From positions 20,546 through 84,545 of the IMG/VR virus record IMGVR_UViG_3300045988_098461: a stretch of 64,000 nucleotides of DNA. One strand, given 5' to 3'. Of this stretch, positions 28,635 through 36,796 are shown in pieces. The notes beneath the pieces are model-generated. The model did not search any database. It was not told the origin of the DNA and saw nothing but the letters and a program-made list of their open reading frames with translations. The stretch is from a virus. The first letter of the stretch is position 1, and every line of letters begins with the position of its first letter. The translations under genes were made by a program, and so were the position numbers.

Positions 28635-28829
28635 ATGGATAAAAATGATATTAGTCTAACAGTTATACTTGAAATCGGTGGTAACCTTTGCGGTATGACC
28701 ATAAAGGATAAGGATGATAAAGTTGTGCTATTCGAGCATTTGTCATTTAATGAGCAAATTAAGATTCTCAATAGCCTTAGTCAGAATTATAACTGCCTTG
28801 TGCGGTTCTTAAAAGAAAAGGAGGGATAA
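28635..28829 (+). CDS. hypothetical protein
   Basis: 64-aa ORF. Confidence 0.45.
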   Translation: MDKNDISLTVILEIGGNLCGMTIKDKDDKVVLFEHLSFNEQIKILNSLSQNYNCLVRFLKEKEG

Positions 28830-28925
28830 GGTATGAATTTGGTTCTATTTGTATTGATTATCATATCTGTTGGGGTTACTTTCGGATGTCTTGTGCAAGG
28901 TAATAATAATAAGGAGAAGTAAAGT

Positions 28926-29774
28926 ATGGAAGCAACTATTTTATTAGGCAATCATAATGATTGTAAGATTGATACGGGAAGATATGTAGAAACGGACGTT
29001 ATGGGTTGGAAAGCCACTATCTATGTACCGAGTGGTATTGATAATGAGCAGATTCAGAAAGCCCTTGATTACGCTTATTCTACTCTCTGTCAGAGTTGCT
29101 ATATGGAGTTTATCTTGGCAGACAACTTCCTTCTTATCTCTAAGGAGGTCTTTGATAAGAAGAAGGTGTTTAAGTTCAATCTTAAAAAGCACTTTACTGA
29201 ATGCCAAACATCTATTCGTGATACGATGAAGTTGTATGAGCGAAATATGGATGAAGACTACTATAATGAGTATTCTACCTATCTTTGGGATTTGATTAAG
29301 GATAAGGTTGAGAAGTTACGAAAGATGATTGAGGATAAGCTTCGCAATCTGAAATGTAAGTATAACCCTTATCTCTGCTCGTATGTCATTATGATTCAGA
29401 ACCTCGTACAGCAGATTAATGATACCCATATACACGTTATGGAGATTACCGAAAGGGAGTATGGAGTTGATATTGCTCCAAGCTACGAAAATTATCGGGC
29501 TAAAATGGCATTCACGCAAGCGGATAATTGTCTGTACGACATCATGCACGATGAAGCAGAGAAATTCCGTGACAATATCGTTAAAGATAAGAAGGTTATC
29601 GCCGTATGGTCTGATATAACAAGAACTCTCTATGACCCTATCAATGCAAAGAAGGCTCGTTTCTCGGCTTTCTATAGTATGCCTAAGGAAACACAAGCTC
29701 TCTATAATTTGAGAGAGGAGGATGGCTTCTGCGAGCCTAAAGAAGGTACTAAGAAATTCAAGAAAGGAGCGTAG
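28926..29774 (+). CDS. hypothetical protein
   Basis: 282-aa ORF with AAGGAGAAG upstream. It ends in TAG, 3 nt before and in frame with the methyltransferase ATG. Confidence 0.55.
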   Translation: MEATILLGNHNDCKIDTGRYVETDVMGWKATIYVPSGIDNEQIQKALDYAYSTLCQSCYMEFILADNFLLISKEVFDKKKVFKFNLKKHFTECQTSIRDTMKLYERNMDEDYYNEYSTYLWDLIKDKVEKLRKMIEDKLRNLKCKYNPYLCSYVIMIQNLVQQINDTHIHVMEITEREYGVDIAPSYENYRAKMAFTQADNCLYDIMHDEAEKFRDNIVKDKKVIAVWSDITRTLYDPINAKKARFSAFYSMPKETQALYNLREEDGFCEPKEGTKKFKKGA

Positions 29775-29777
29775 GGT

Positions 29778-30521
29778 ATGGAGTTAGATAATATTTACTT
29801 CGGAGATTGCATTAACCTTATGCGTGATATTCCTGATAAAAGCATAGATTTATGTGTTACGGATGCACCATATCTCCATAATAAATCGCCACTTAGTCCT
29901 ACGTATGATGGGAGTGAATGGAATCAGAAAAGTTCCTTTGGAAAATCGGAGCTTTATAAATATGGTGGTGATATGATGGGAGGGATGAGTTGTTTTGGCG
30001 AAGAAGAAATAGATAAGTTCCTTGATGCATTAAAGCCGAAAATGAAGATAATGAATGCTTATATGTTCTGTTCGGAAGAACAGGTACCGTATTATTGTAA
30101 CTGGGCTAATAAGAATGGCTTGATGTTTACAATACTCGTTTGGGAAAAGCCGTTATCTATCATTAACAAAAATCGTTTTTCGCAGAACCTGGAGTACATA
30201 GTACGAGTATATGATTACGGTACTGCTCTTAATCGGTTAAATAATAACTTGTATTATAATCGGGTAAAGAAAGAAAAACCGATTAACGGGAAAAGTAAGA
30301 ATCATCCAACAGAAAAACCTGTCTCAATTATGCAAGAGTTCGTTGAACTGAGCAGTAATGAGGGTGATGTGGTCTTGGATGCGTTCTGTGGCTCTGGTAC
30401 GCTTGCGATAGCGTGCATTAATACTAACAGACATTTCATTTGCTTTGAGAAGAATAAAAAATTCTTTGATATTGCTAAGAAACGGGTTAAAGAACGGAAG
30501 CAACAACAAACAATTTGGTAA
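29778..30521 (+). CDS. DNA methyltransferase (N6-adenine/N4-cytosine, beta class)
   Basis: Motif IV is TDAPY. It is followed later by HPTEKP and AdoMet motif I DAFCGSGT. Confidence 0.8.
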   Translation: MELDNIYFGDCINLMRDIPDKSIDLCVTDAPYLHNKSPLSPTYDGSEWNQKSSFGKSELYKYGGDMMGGMSCFGEEEIDKFLDALKPKMKIMNAYMFCSEEQVPYYCNWANKNGLMFTILVWEKPLSIINKNRFSQNLEYIVRVYDYGTALNRLNNNLYYNRVKKEKPINGKSKNHPTEKPVSIMQEFVELSSNEGDVVLDAFCGSGTLAIACINTNRHFICFEKNKKFFDIAKKRVKERKQQQTIW

Positions 30522-30533
30522 TTAGTTATAGGT

Positions 30534-30692
30534 ATGAATAGAGAAGATATGCGTAGGCTGATACATTATGCACGTATTCGTGCTAAGCAAAGAGGATTAA
30601 AATTATCCCAAATTACCATTGAAGAATGTATTAAAGATATGCAATTTTGGGAGAAAGGGATTTTTGCGTATGCGCCTTTTAAGGTATCTTAA
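30534..30692 (+). CDS. small hypothetical protein (52 aa, hand-found)
   Basis: MNREDMRRLIHYARIRAKQRGLKLSQITIEECIKDMQFWEKGIFAYAPFKVS. Confidence 0.3.
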   Translation: MNREDMRRLIHYARIRAKQRGLKLSQITIEECIKDMQFWEKGIFAYAPFKVS

Positions 30693-30891
30693 AGAATAGA
30701 CGGATTCTCATTTTATCTTAATATATATGTTGTATCTCTTTGGGGGCGGTGGTCTCGGCTGCTGCTCCCTTCTGTAAGTATAATAAGTTTATCAAGGTAA
30801 AGAAATAAGTCTCTGATTCTTAACACGAAAGCTATTAAGCACTATTAATTCCGATTTATTTCTATTAATATCAAAAATAGTTGGAGAAAAA

Positions 30892-30923
30892 TTTGGTAGT
30901 TCGCAGATTTCTTTTTAATTTTG
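30892..30923 (+). promoter_or_regulatory. Bacteroidota-type promoter TTTG-N20-TAATTTTG
   Basis: TTTG at 30892-95 and TAATTTTG at 30916-23, preceded by three direct CTATTAA copies. Confidence 0.6.
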
Positions 30924-31154
30924 CGGCGTTCAATAAAATATCAGTGGTGAGGTTAGAAGCTCTGCCACAAAAAGGTAGGGCGTTTTTTATGCTCGCTTCT
31001 TAACGGATTACGATATACGTGTATCGCTTCCCTTGGGTGTATTGTAATGGTGCATCCGTGCTTTCACTGATAGGCATTGAACAAAGGGTAAAGCGGTACA
31101 CTCTTTTTGTTGTATCAACCCGACAAGTGTTTAACGTTCAAAAATATCAGTTCA

Positions 31155-32018
31155 ATGGACGAAATTAAAATTTTGCACAAATCTACTTTCCTAGGTAAGG
31201 AAATAGATGTATGGGGAACTTTTGATAACCCATTATTTCGGGCAAGTGATGTAGCAGATTGGCTACATAACACAAATGTCTCTAATATGGTTAAGAAGGT
31301 TGATGAGGACGAAGTGACTAAGTTTAACTTAGGCAGTCGTCAAGGTGAAACTCTTTTTCTTACAGAGAATGGTCTTTATGAGATACTTATGTTATCTCGC
31401 AAGAAGGAAGCCAAGCAGTTTAAGAAGGGAGTAAAAGCTATCCTTCACGAAATCCGCACCAAGGGCGGCTACATTGCTTCTTCGGTCAATGATACTCCCG
31501 AAGCTATCATGGCACGAGCCTTGAAGATTGCGGATGAGACATTGAAGCGGAATGAGCAAAGAGTTCGTGAGCTTGAAGCTTAGACCGAGCAGCAGGCACA
31601 GACCATCGGCATTCAGCAGAAAGAACTGACTGTTGCCGCACCAAAGGTAAAGTACTACGATGATACACTTGCATCAACGGACTGCCTTACCACCACACAA
31701 GTTGCTGATGACCTCGGTATCAGCGCAAGAGCACTCAATCAACAACTTTCCAATGCAGGTATTCAATACTTTCAATCAGGTTCTTGGCATTTGAAGGGCA
31801 AGTTCCGTGAATGGCAGCTCGCAAGCACCCGAACCTACAATTATATCAAGGGTGATGGTTCTACGGGCACAAAAGTAAACCTCGTATGGAATCAACGTGG
31901 CAAGCGTTTTATTCTTGCTCTCTATAACAACGACTTTAATGTGAAAGATGCTATCGCTGAAATCAACGGCGAGAAGAGAGCTGCGCTTGTATCTAAAAAC
32001 AATCAGTCTAACTTTTAA
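31155..32018 (+). CDS. Bro-N / KilAC(ANT)-type antirepressor, interrupted by an in-frame TAG at 31581-31583
   Basis: The N-terminal part (track ORF ending at 31583) looks Bro-N-like. Hand translation after the TAG is stop-free to 32018 and reads TEQQAQTIGIQQKELTVAAPKVKYYDDTLASTDCLTTTQVADDLGISARALNQQL...VWNQRGKRFI, which is ANT/KilAC-like. Track ORF 31791..32018 is the same frame. Confidence 0.6.
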
Positions 32019-32038
32019 TTGAATAGGAGAAATCAAAA

Positions 32039-32281
32039 ATGGATAATCAGAATATGATGATAGAGGTAACAGTTGATAATGATGCTACTCAGCGGTGTGT
32101 CGGTCTGCTTAAAGAACTTATGGCGGTACAGGAGAAGGCTATGAAGTTCTTGGTATCTGAGGGTATTGATGATAGCAATGAGGGTACGATGATTGCCGAG
32201 GGCATCGGTAACGCAGTGAAAGCCTTTGGTGGCGTACTGCCAGAGGGTATCTACAATAATGTAGTCGGTATTGAGGTTTAA
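32039..32281 (+). CDS. hypothetical protein
   Basis: TAGGAGAAATC upstream of the ATG. Confidence 0.5.
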   Translation: MDNQNMMIEVTVDNDATQRCVGLLKELMAVQEKAMKFLVSEGIDDSNEGTMIAEGIGNAVKAFGGVLPEGIYNNVVGIEV

Positions 32282-32431
32282 TGTTATGCGTGAATAGGAG
32301 ATACGCAATACAACAAGGTGTAAATAATTATAGGAGATACAAATGTAAAAGGCAGTACTTTGAAATACGTGCTGCCTTTGTTTTGTTTATATATAATCTC
32401 TGTATTTTCCTGTTATTTACAGAAAAAACTA

Positions 32432-32439
32432 TACCTTTG
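32432..32439 (+). promoter_or_regulatory. -7 box TACCTTTG for the gp10 paralog
   Basis: 24 nt upstream of the ATG at 32463. The -33 box is imperfect. Confidence 0.4.
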
Positions 32440-32462
32440 ACATGGTAAACAAAATATAAGTT

Positions 32463-32939
32463 ATGGCAAAAGTACAATTACGAATTAAGGGTATTGAAGC
32501 CCTCAAAAAGAAACTAATGGAGCAAAGAGAGATAATGATTAATTATCTTACATACGCTATGGCTGAACTAGGTGAGCGTGCTGTCACCTATTCTAAGGAT
32601 AACAAGGGTTATCAAGACCATACAGCAAATTTAAAGAACACCATTGATTATGCTTTATTTCTTGATGGCGAACTTGTGTGCGTTGGCGACCACGAGGAAT
32701 TAAATGGAACTGAAAAAGATAAGGCTCATTTTATCCCTGATGCAGCAGTTAAGTATGCTCAACAGCAAGGTGTTATTGCCCCCGAAGGATATTCTCTTAT
32801 CATTGCATCTGGTGTAGATTACGGTCAACATGTAGAAAATAAGGGCTACAACGTATTGTACCTAACAAAATTCTTTCTTAAAGATGAAATGAAAAAGATA
32901 ATACTTAAAGCTATAGAGAATGCGAAGCAAAATAACTAA
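32463..32939 (+). CDS. HK97 gp10-family protein, intact paralog of 11133..11612
   Basis: 158 aa, collinear with the structural copy (...KDNKGYQDHTANLKNTI...GYSLIIASGVDYGQHVENKGYNVLYLTKFFLKDEMKKI). Has its own -7 box and hairpin. Confidence 0.6.
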   Translation: MAKVQLRIKGIEALKKKLMEQREIMINYLTYAMAELGERAVTYSKDNKGYQDHTANLKNTIDYALFLDGELVCVGDHEELNGTEKDKAHFIPDAAVKYAQQQGVIAPEGYSLIIASGVDYGQHVENKGYNVLYLTKFFLKDEMKKIILKAIENAKQNN

Positions 32940-32964
32940 GAGTGAGCCAACTGACCCACTCTTA
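32937..32964. terminator. hairpin between convergent genes
   Basis: TAAGAGTG/CACTCTTA, an 8-bp stem. Confidence 0.45.
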
Positions 32965-33007
32965 GTTTAGTATAGATGTCCGTAATTCTTATAAGAAAGG
33001 CAGGGCA

Positions 33008-33172
33008 CTATCTGCGCTCTGCCTTTTCTTTTTCTCTTTGCTTTCGTTCAGCCCTTGCGAGCCGAATTTCTTCATTAATCTCGTCCATCGTCATATTGAC
33101 GTTATTCTTCCTAGCTTCTTCTATGAGAGCATTGAAGTTCTCTAAAGCCTTCTTCTTTTCTTCTTCTGTCAT
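33008..33172 (-). CDS. small charged helical protein (54 aa, hand-found)
   Basis: MTEEEKKKALENFNALIEEARKNNVNMTMDEINEEIRLARAERKQREKEKAERR, with a TAATG junction to the upstream gene. Confidence 0.4.
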   Translation of the reverse strand: MTEEEKKKALENFNALIEEARKNNVNMTMDEINEEIRLARAERKQREKEKAERR

Positions 33173-33759
33173 TATTTTATATTAATCAGTTCGTTTCTAT
33201 CTATCTTAGGAGCTTCCTTTTTATCTGAATCAAAGTCGAGTATATATTTTTGAGGATAACTAATACAATGTAGAAAAATATACTTCCTCTCATCAATATT
33301 TATAGCCCTTACGACAAAGGTATCATTTCTATAAAAATATGAGTTATTATCATTGAGAGTGAAATCAGCTCTTATCTTCTCTTTGATGATATTATTATCA
33401 ACGGGCGTTTGCTCATATCCGTTCTCGGTAAGTAGATAAAGAAGCTTTTCGTTACTTTGCAGTTTTAAGTCTTTATATTGGTAATCCTGTCCAACAACAA
33501 TAAAGCTACCTGTTAGCTCACCAAGATGTTTATCTACATAACTATATCCTATAAGGCTATATATGTTAGACAATACAACCGTATCTTTATTCATTTCATC
33601 AATAGGATGAGTAGAGATATATTGCTTGATAGTTTGTTTGGTTGCATCTGGTATAGGCGATAAGCTTGTTATCTTCTGTTGAGCGTTGGCTGTTATACAA
33701 AAGAGAAGTTCACTAAATATACATATCTTCTTTATCTGTTTCATATTATTTATCTTCAA
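33172..33759 (-). CDS. secreted protein (signal peptide)
   Basis: N-terminus ...MKQIKKICIFSELLFCITANAQQ. Confidence 0.5.
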   Translation of the reverse strand: MKINNMKQIKKICIFSELLFCITANAQQKITSLSPIPDATKQTIKQYISTHPIDEMNKDTVVLSNIYSLIGYSYVDKHLGELTGSFIVVGQDYQYKDLKLQSNEKLLYLLTENGYEQTPVDNNIIKEKIRADFTLNDNNSYFYRNDTFVVRAINIDERKYIFLHCISYPQKYILDFDSDKKEAPKIDRNELINIK

Positions 33760-34096
33760 GTGTTATAAAAGTCAGATTATCTTTATCACAAGAAAACATA
33801 GCTTGCCCCACATTATAACCTCCGAAGCCATTTTTTGCTCTATATGTAACAACAAACAACTTCTCTCCCTGTTTTGACGTTTCTTGCTCTTGCATATCAA
33901 CGAACTCATAACTATCTGGGTCACGTAATCGTTGTTTGATTAAATCGCCAGCCATCGTCTCAACATACTCCTTGTTTTCGTACAGAGGGGTATTCATAAG
34001 TTTTTCTGTCTCTTTTTTGTTTTCATTCTGTCCGATAGCTATCATTAAAAAGAACAAAATAACAAGGATTCCAAGACATCCACATCCCTTCTTCAT
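33746..34096 (-). CDS. membrane-anchored / exported protein
   Basis: MKKGCGCLGILVILFFLMIAIGQ..., with TATAGGAGATAT upstream. Confidence 0.5.
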   Translation of the reverse strand: MKKGCGCLGILVILFFLMIAIGQNENKKETEKLMNTPLYENKEYVETMAGDLIKQRLRDPDSYEFVDMQEQETSKQGEKLFVVTYRAKNGFGGYNVGQAMFSCDKDNLTFITLEDK

Positions 34097-34112
34097 AACT
34101 ATATCTCCTATA

Positions 34113-34340
34113 TTAATATTTATAAATTGTACAATACCTACTTAAAACACGCTCTGCGGCGTTATCTTTTCCTTGCTTGGTATATACTAAGGCAAGGCGA
34201 AGATAACCCGTTCTGCGCAAGCAACCGAGGTACATCAGCCGCTCGTAGCAATATGTGGCTCTGCTTAGTATTCCATCACGGAGGTAGCGTTGAGCCATTG
34301 CCGCCAACTCCTTTGGTGATGCGTTATAAATCTGTGTCAT
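34113..34340 (-). CDS. small helical-repeat-like protein
   Basis: 75-aa ORF, first gene of the leftward cassette. Confidence 0.4.
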   Translation of the reverse strand: MTQIYNASPKELAAMAQRYLRDGILSRATYCYERLMYLGCLRRTGYLRLALVYTKQGKDNAAERVLSRYCTIYKY

Positions 34341-34365
34341 AACTCGTCTGATTTGGTTATGTATG

Positions 34366-34373
34366 CAAAGGTA
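34366..34373 (-). promoter_or_regulatory. -7 box TACCTTTG
   Basis: Plus strand reads caaaggta, 26 nt upstream of the ATG at 34340. Confidence 0.4.
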
Positions 34374-34485
34374 GCGAAAAAATGAATACTATATATTTAT
34401 ATTGCATTTTTTATATTAATATAACCTTAATTTACATATCAATATATTAAAAGCTATTAAAATACTAATAAAAATACCGAAAAGA

Positions 34486-34517
34486 TTTGGTGGTTTTAAA
34501 AGAAATTATTAATTTTG
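34486..34517 (+). promoter_or_regulatory. Bacteroidota-type promoter TTTG-N20-TAATTTTG (cassette copy B)
   Basis: TTTG at 34486-89 and TAATTTTG at 34510-17. Nearly identical to cassette A. Confidence 0.65.
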
Positions 34518-34571
34518 CGGTGTAAATAATTAATAAATAGGTTTAATATTTAAATTATAGGAGATACAACA

Positions 34572-34754
34572 ATGAAAGTTAAATTGATTAATGGAACAGA
34601 AGTAGAAGCTAACGTTTTTGATTACGTTGCTCAGATTTACGAAGGTGGCAAATGGCAGGCAGTTGCCGTTAGCTCTGATTACAATGAAGCTGAAAAGAAA
34701 CGTAAAGAGTATGCCGTAAAGGGCTGCTATACAAGAATAGAACAGCTTTACTAA
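34572..34754 (+). CDS. hypothetical protein
   Basis: TAGGAGATAC at 34558-67 before the ATG. Confidence 0.55.
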   Translation: MKVKLINGTEVEANVFDYVAQIYEGGKWQAVAVSSDYNEAEKKRKEYAVKGCYTRIEQLY

Positions 34755-34779
34755 TTAATGATATATAGGAGATACGACA

Positions 34780-35205
34780 ATGAATAAGTACGCAGAATTA
34801 AAGAAGAAGCATCAGAAAGAGCTTAATAAATTGCCAATGAAAGCTGCTTTTGGTAAAGAGCAGTTTAAGAAAATGATGGAAGAGTGGGGGCTTACCACCA
34901 ACGCCGAAGATATTAGTAAGATTGATATGCTCGTTTGTGGTTGCTATTGCTTAAAGGAAGATACCCATCTTTTCGAGGAGTACTTTCAGAGAACACAGAA
35001 AGAGCTTAAAGAGTTCTTAAAGGATGATGATAATCTTAAATCAGCATTCAAATATGAGTTCGCTAACCATGAATGCGGATATACATATACACCGCAAGAT
35101 GCGCTTCCTCCGCTTAATCTTACCTATGAAGAGGTTGAGAAGAATGAGCGTTTAAATAGGGTCTTTAACGAGGCTTGGTGTGAATATTTAGATAAATGTG
35201 AATAA
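34780..35205 (+). CDS. hypothetical protein
   Basis: TAGGAGATAC at 34766-75 before the ATG. Confidence 0.55.
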   Translation: MNKYAELKKKHQKELNKLPMKAAFGKEQFKKMMEEWGLTTNAEDISKIDMLVCGCYCLKEDTHLFEEYFQRTQKELKEFLKDDDNLKSAFKYEFANHECGYTYTPQDALPPLNLTYEEVEKNERLNRVFNEAWCEYLDKCE

Positions 35206-35208
35206 GAT

Positions 35209-35520
35209 ATGTATAAAGAAGGCGATGTTTTAGTACTTTATAATAATTGGCGTGCTGAGTATTGCATATTCATTCTACACAGAATATACAATGATGATTG
35301 GATAGAAGCTCATGCAAAGTATTCTCTCCCATTCAAAAAGCTTGGAGTAGGAGCAAATAATGCTTCTACAAACGTAAAATACTCTACGGGGTGTTTGAGA
35401 AAAGCGTATGAGGATGAAAGAGAATTTTTGTTAGAAAAAATGAAGGAAAAAGGTTATTCATACGATTTTAAGAAGAATAAACTGCTACATTCATTCAATT
35501 ATGAAAAAGGAAGAAATTAA
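35209..35520 (+). CDS. hypothetical protein
   Basis: 103-aa ORF with a TAAGATATG junction. Confidence 0.5.
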   Translation: MYKEGDVLVLYNNWRAEYCIFILHRIYNDDWIEAHAKYSLPFKKLGVGANNASTNVKYSTGCLRKAYEDEREFLLEKMKEKGYSYDFKKNKLLHSFNYEKGRN

Positions 35521-35619
35521 GATAAATGAGCATTGTAAGCACTATTTCTTAGGCTTCTGCCACTTCTATTTAGGTGGCTGCTGCTCTGGTATTAAATGCG
35601 GATATAAATAATTAAGATT

Positions 35620-35841
35620 ATGACAAAGTTTATTGAGGTAAAGTATAAAGGGCATTGTACCCTTGTAAATATAGATAATATCGCTTACGTTGAACCTTCA
35701 CGAAATGGCGATATAGTAACATCTATAAAGCTTAATTGCAAGACCACACCAACGGGCGGTCAAGTGATTCTCTGCGAGGATGATTACCACACATTCTTGA
35801 CTAGATTGGAAAACCTTGTTGTCGTTGATAAAGCTGAGTAA
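35620..35841 (+). CDS. hypothetical protein
   Basis: 73-aa ORF. Confidence 0.45.
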   Translation: MTKFIEVKYKGHCTLVNIDNIAYVEPSRNGDIVTSIKLNCKTTPTGGQVILCEDDYHTFLTRLENLVVVDKAE

Positions 35842-35844
35842 GAT

Positions 35845-36078
35845 ATGAGAGCATTTGACGTACTTTTAGCCTTACATCGCTTGGATATGCGACAGGGCAA
35901 GGATTATCTTGAAGCTCCTGAAAAGAATGATTTGGAGCTGAATGTGATAGAAGGTAAGCTGAAACGGAATCATTGGTATTGGTGCGATTTCCATAAGCAG
36001 CCAATGCTCGGCGAGCCTTCGGTTATCCTCACTCTTGGCGGTGGGGATATTCAATACCTTTATGAAGTAGAAAAGTAA
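35845..36078 (+). CDS. hypothetical protein
   Basis: 77-aa ORF with a TAAGATATG junction. Confidence 0.45.
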   Translation: MRAFDVLLALHRLDMRQGKDYLEAPEKNDLELNVIEGKLKRNHWYWCDFHKQPMLGEPSVILTLGGGDIQYLYEVEK

Positions 36079-36091
36079 ATTAATATAAGTT

Positions 36092-36358
36092 ATGTATCAG
36101 ATAAATGTTGTAACATATAGCACAAGAGTGGACGTAAAGAACGCTCGCCGCAAGGTAGCGAATCGACAAAAGAGAATGCTCGGAGGATGGTTTGAAAGCG
36201 TGAAATTAGCAAGAAAAGCCTTGAAAGAATTCTTTGAGAAGGAAGGCTATCAGATAGGTAACGAGGTCGAGGAAAAGGGCAGCGAGACCTATGTTAAGAC
36301 GTTATTCTTCGGTAACATTATGCTCGAAATGGAGTATAAGATAATCAAGTATAATTAA
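36092..36358 (+). CDS. hypothetical protein
   Basis: 88-aa ORF. Confidence 0.45.
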   Translation: MYQINVVTYSTRVDVKNARRKVANRQKRMLGGWFESVKLARKALKEFFEKEGYQIGNEVEEKGSETYVKTLFFGNIMLEMEYKIIKYN

Positions 36359-36361
36359 TCT

Positions 36362-36601
36362 ATGGCTCGTTTCGCTCTCAGAAATCAGGAGAAGATAAAG
36401 CAAGCATTCGGGGAAGAAAGGTTGGATGAGCTTTTGAAAGCATTGAAGCTGTATTCTGCCAAGTACCCGAAATTATCGTTGAACACAATCATCGAAGAGG
36501 GTAAGCCTTATCCTTCTTTCGTAGTTGATAAGATTGCCGTATTATATGTAACTCGCCTGATGTATGACGTTTATCACGTTGCTTTAAAGGAGTTCTTATA
36601 A
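36362..36601 (+). CDS. hypothetical protein
   Basis: 79-aa ORF. Confidence 0.45.
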   Translation: MARFALRNQEKIKQAFGEERLDELLKALKLYSAKYPKLSLNTIIEEGKPYPSFVVDKIAVLYVTRLMYDVYHVALKEFL

Positions 36602-36731
36602 ACAAAAAGCACCGCCCTCGGAGATACGAATGAGGACGATGCTAGATGTAAATAATTATTATGTTTAACGTTGTGAGTACATAGGAGATACGCACTCGAT
36701 ATAACAATTAATGCAAAAGTAATAAAAAATA

Positions 36732-36763
36732 TTTGGTTATCTGAATATTTCTTCGTAAATTTG
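36732..36763 (+). promoter_or_regulatory. Bacteroidota-type promoter TTTG-N20-TAAATTTG
   Basis: TTTG at 36732-35 and TAAATTTG at 36756-63. Confidence 0.6.
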
Positions 36764-36796
36764 CGAATAATTAACATTAAAATAGGAGATACAGCT

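Noticed and set aside
32976-33185. Plus-strand track ORF (69 aa, Ser/Phe/Leu-rich)
   Set aside because: It is the antisense shadow of a better minus-strand 54-aa ORF (33008..33172), which is translationally coupled to the upstream gene.
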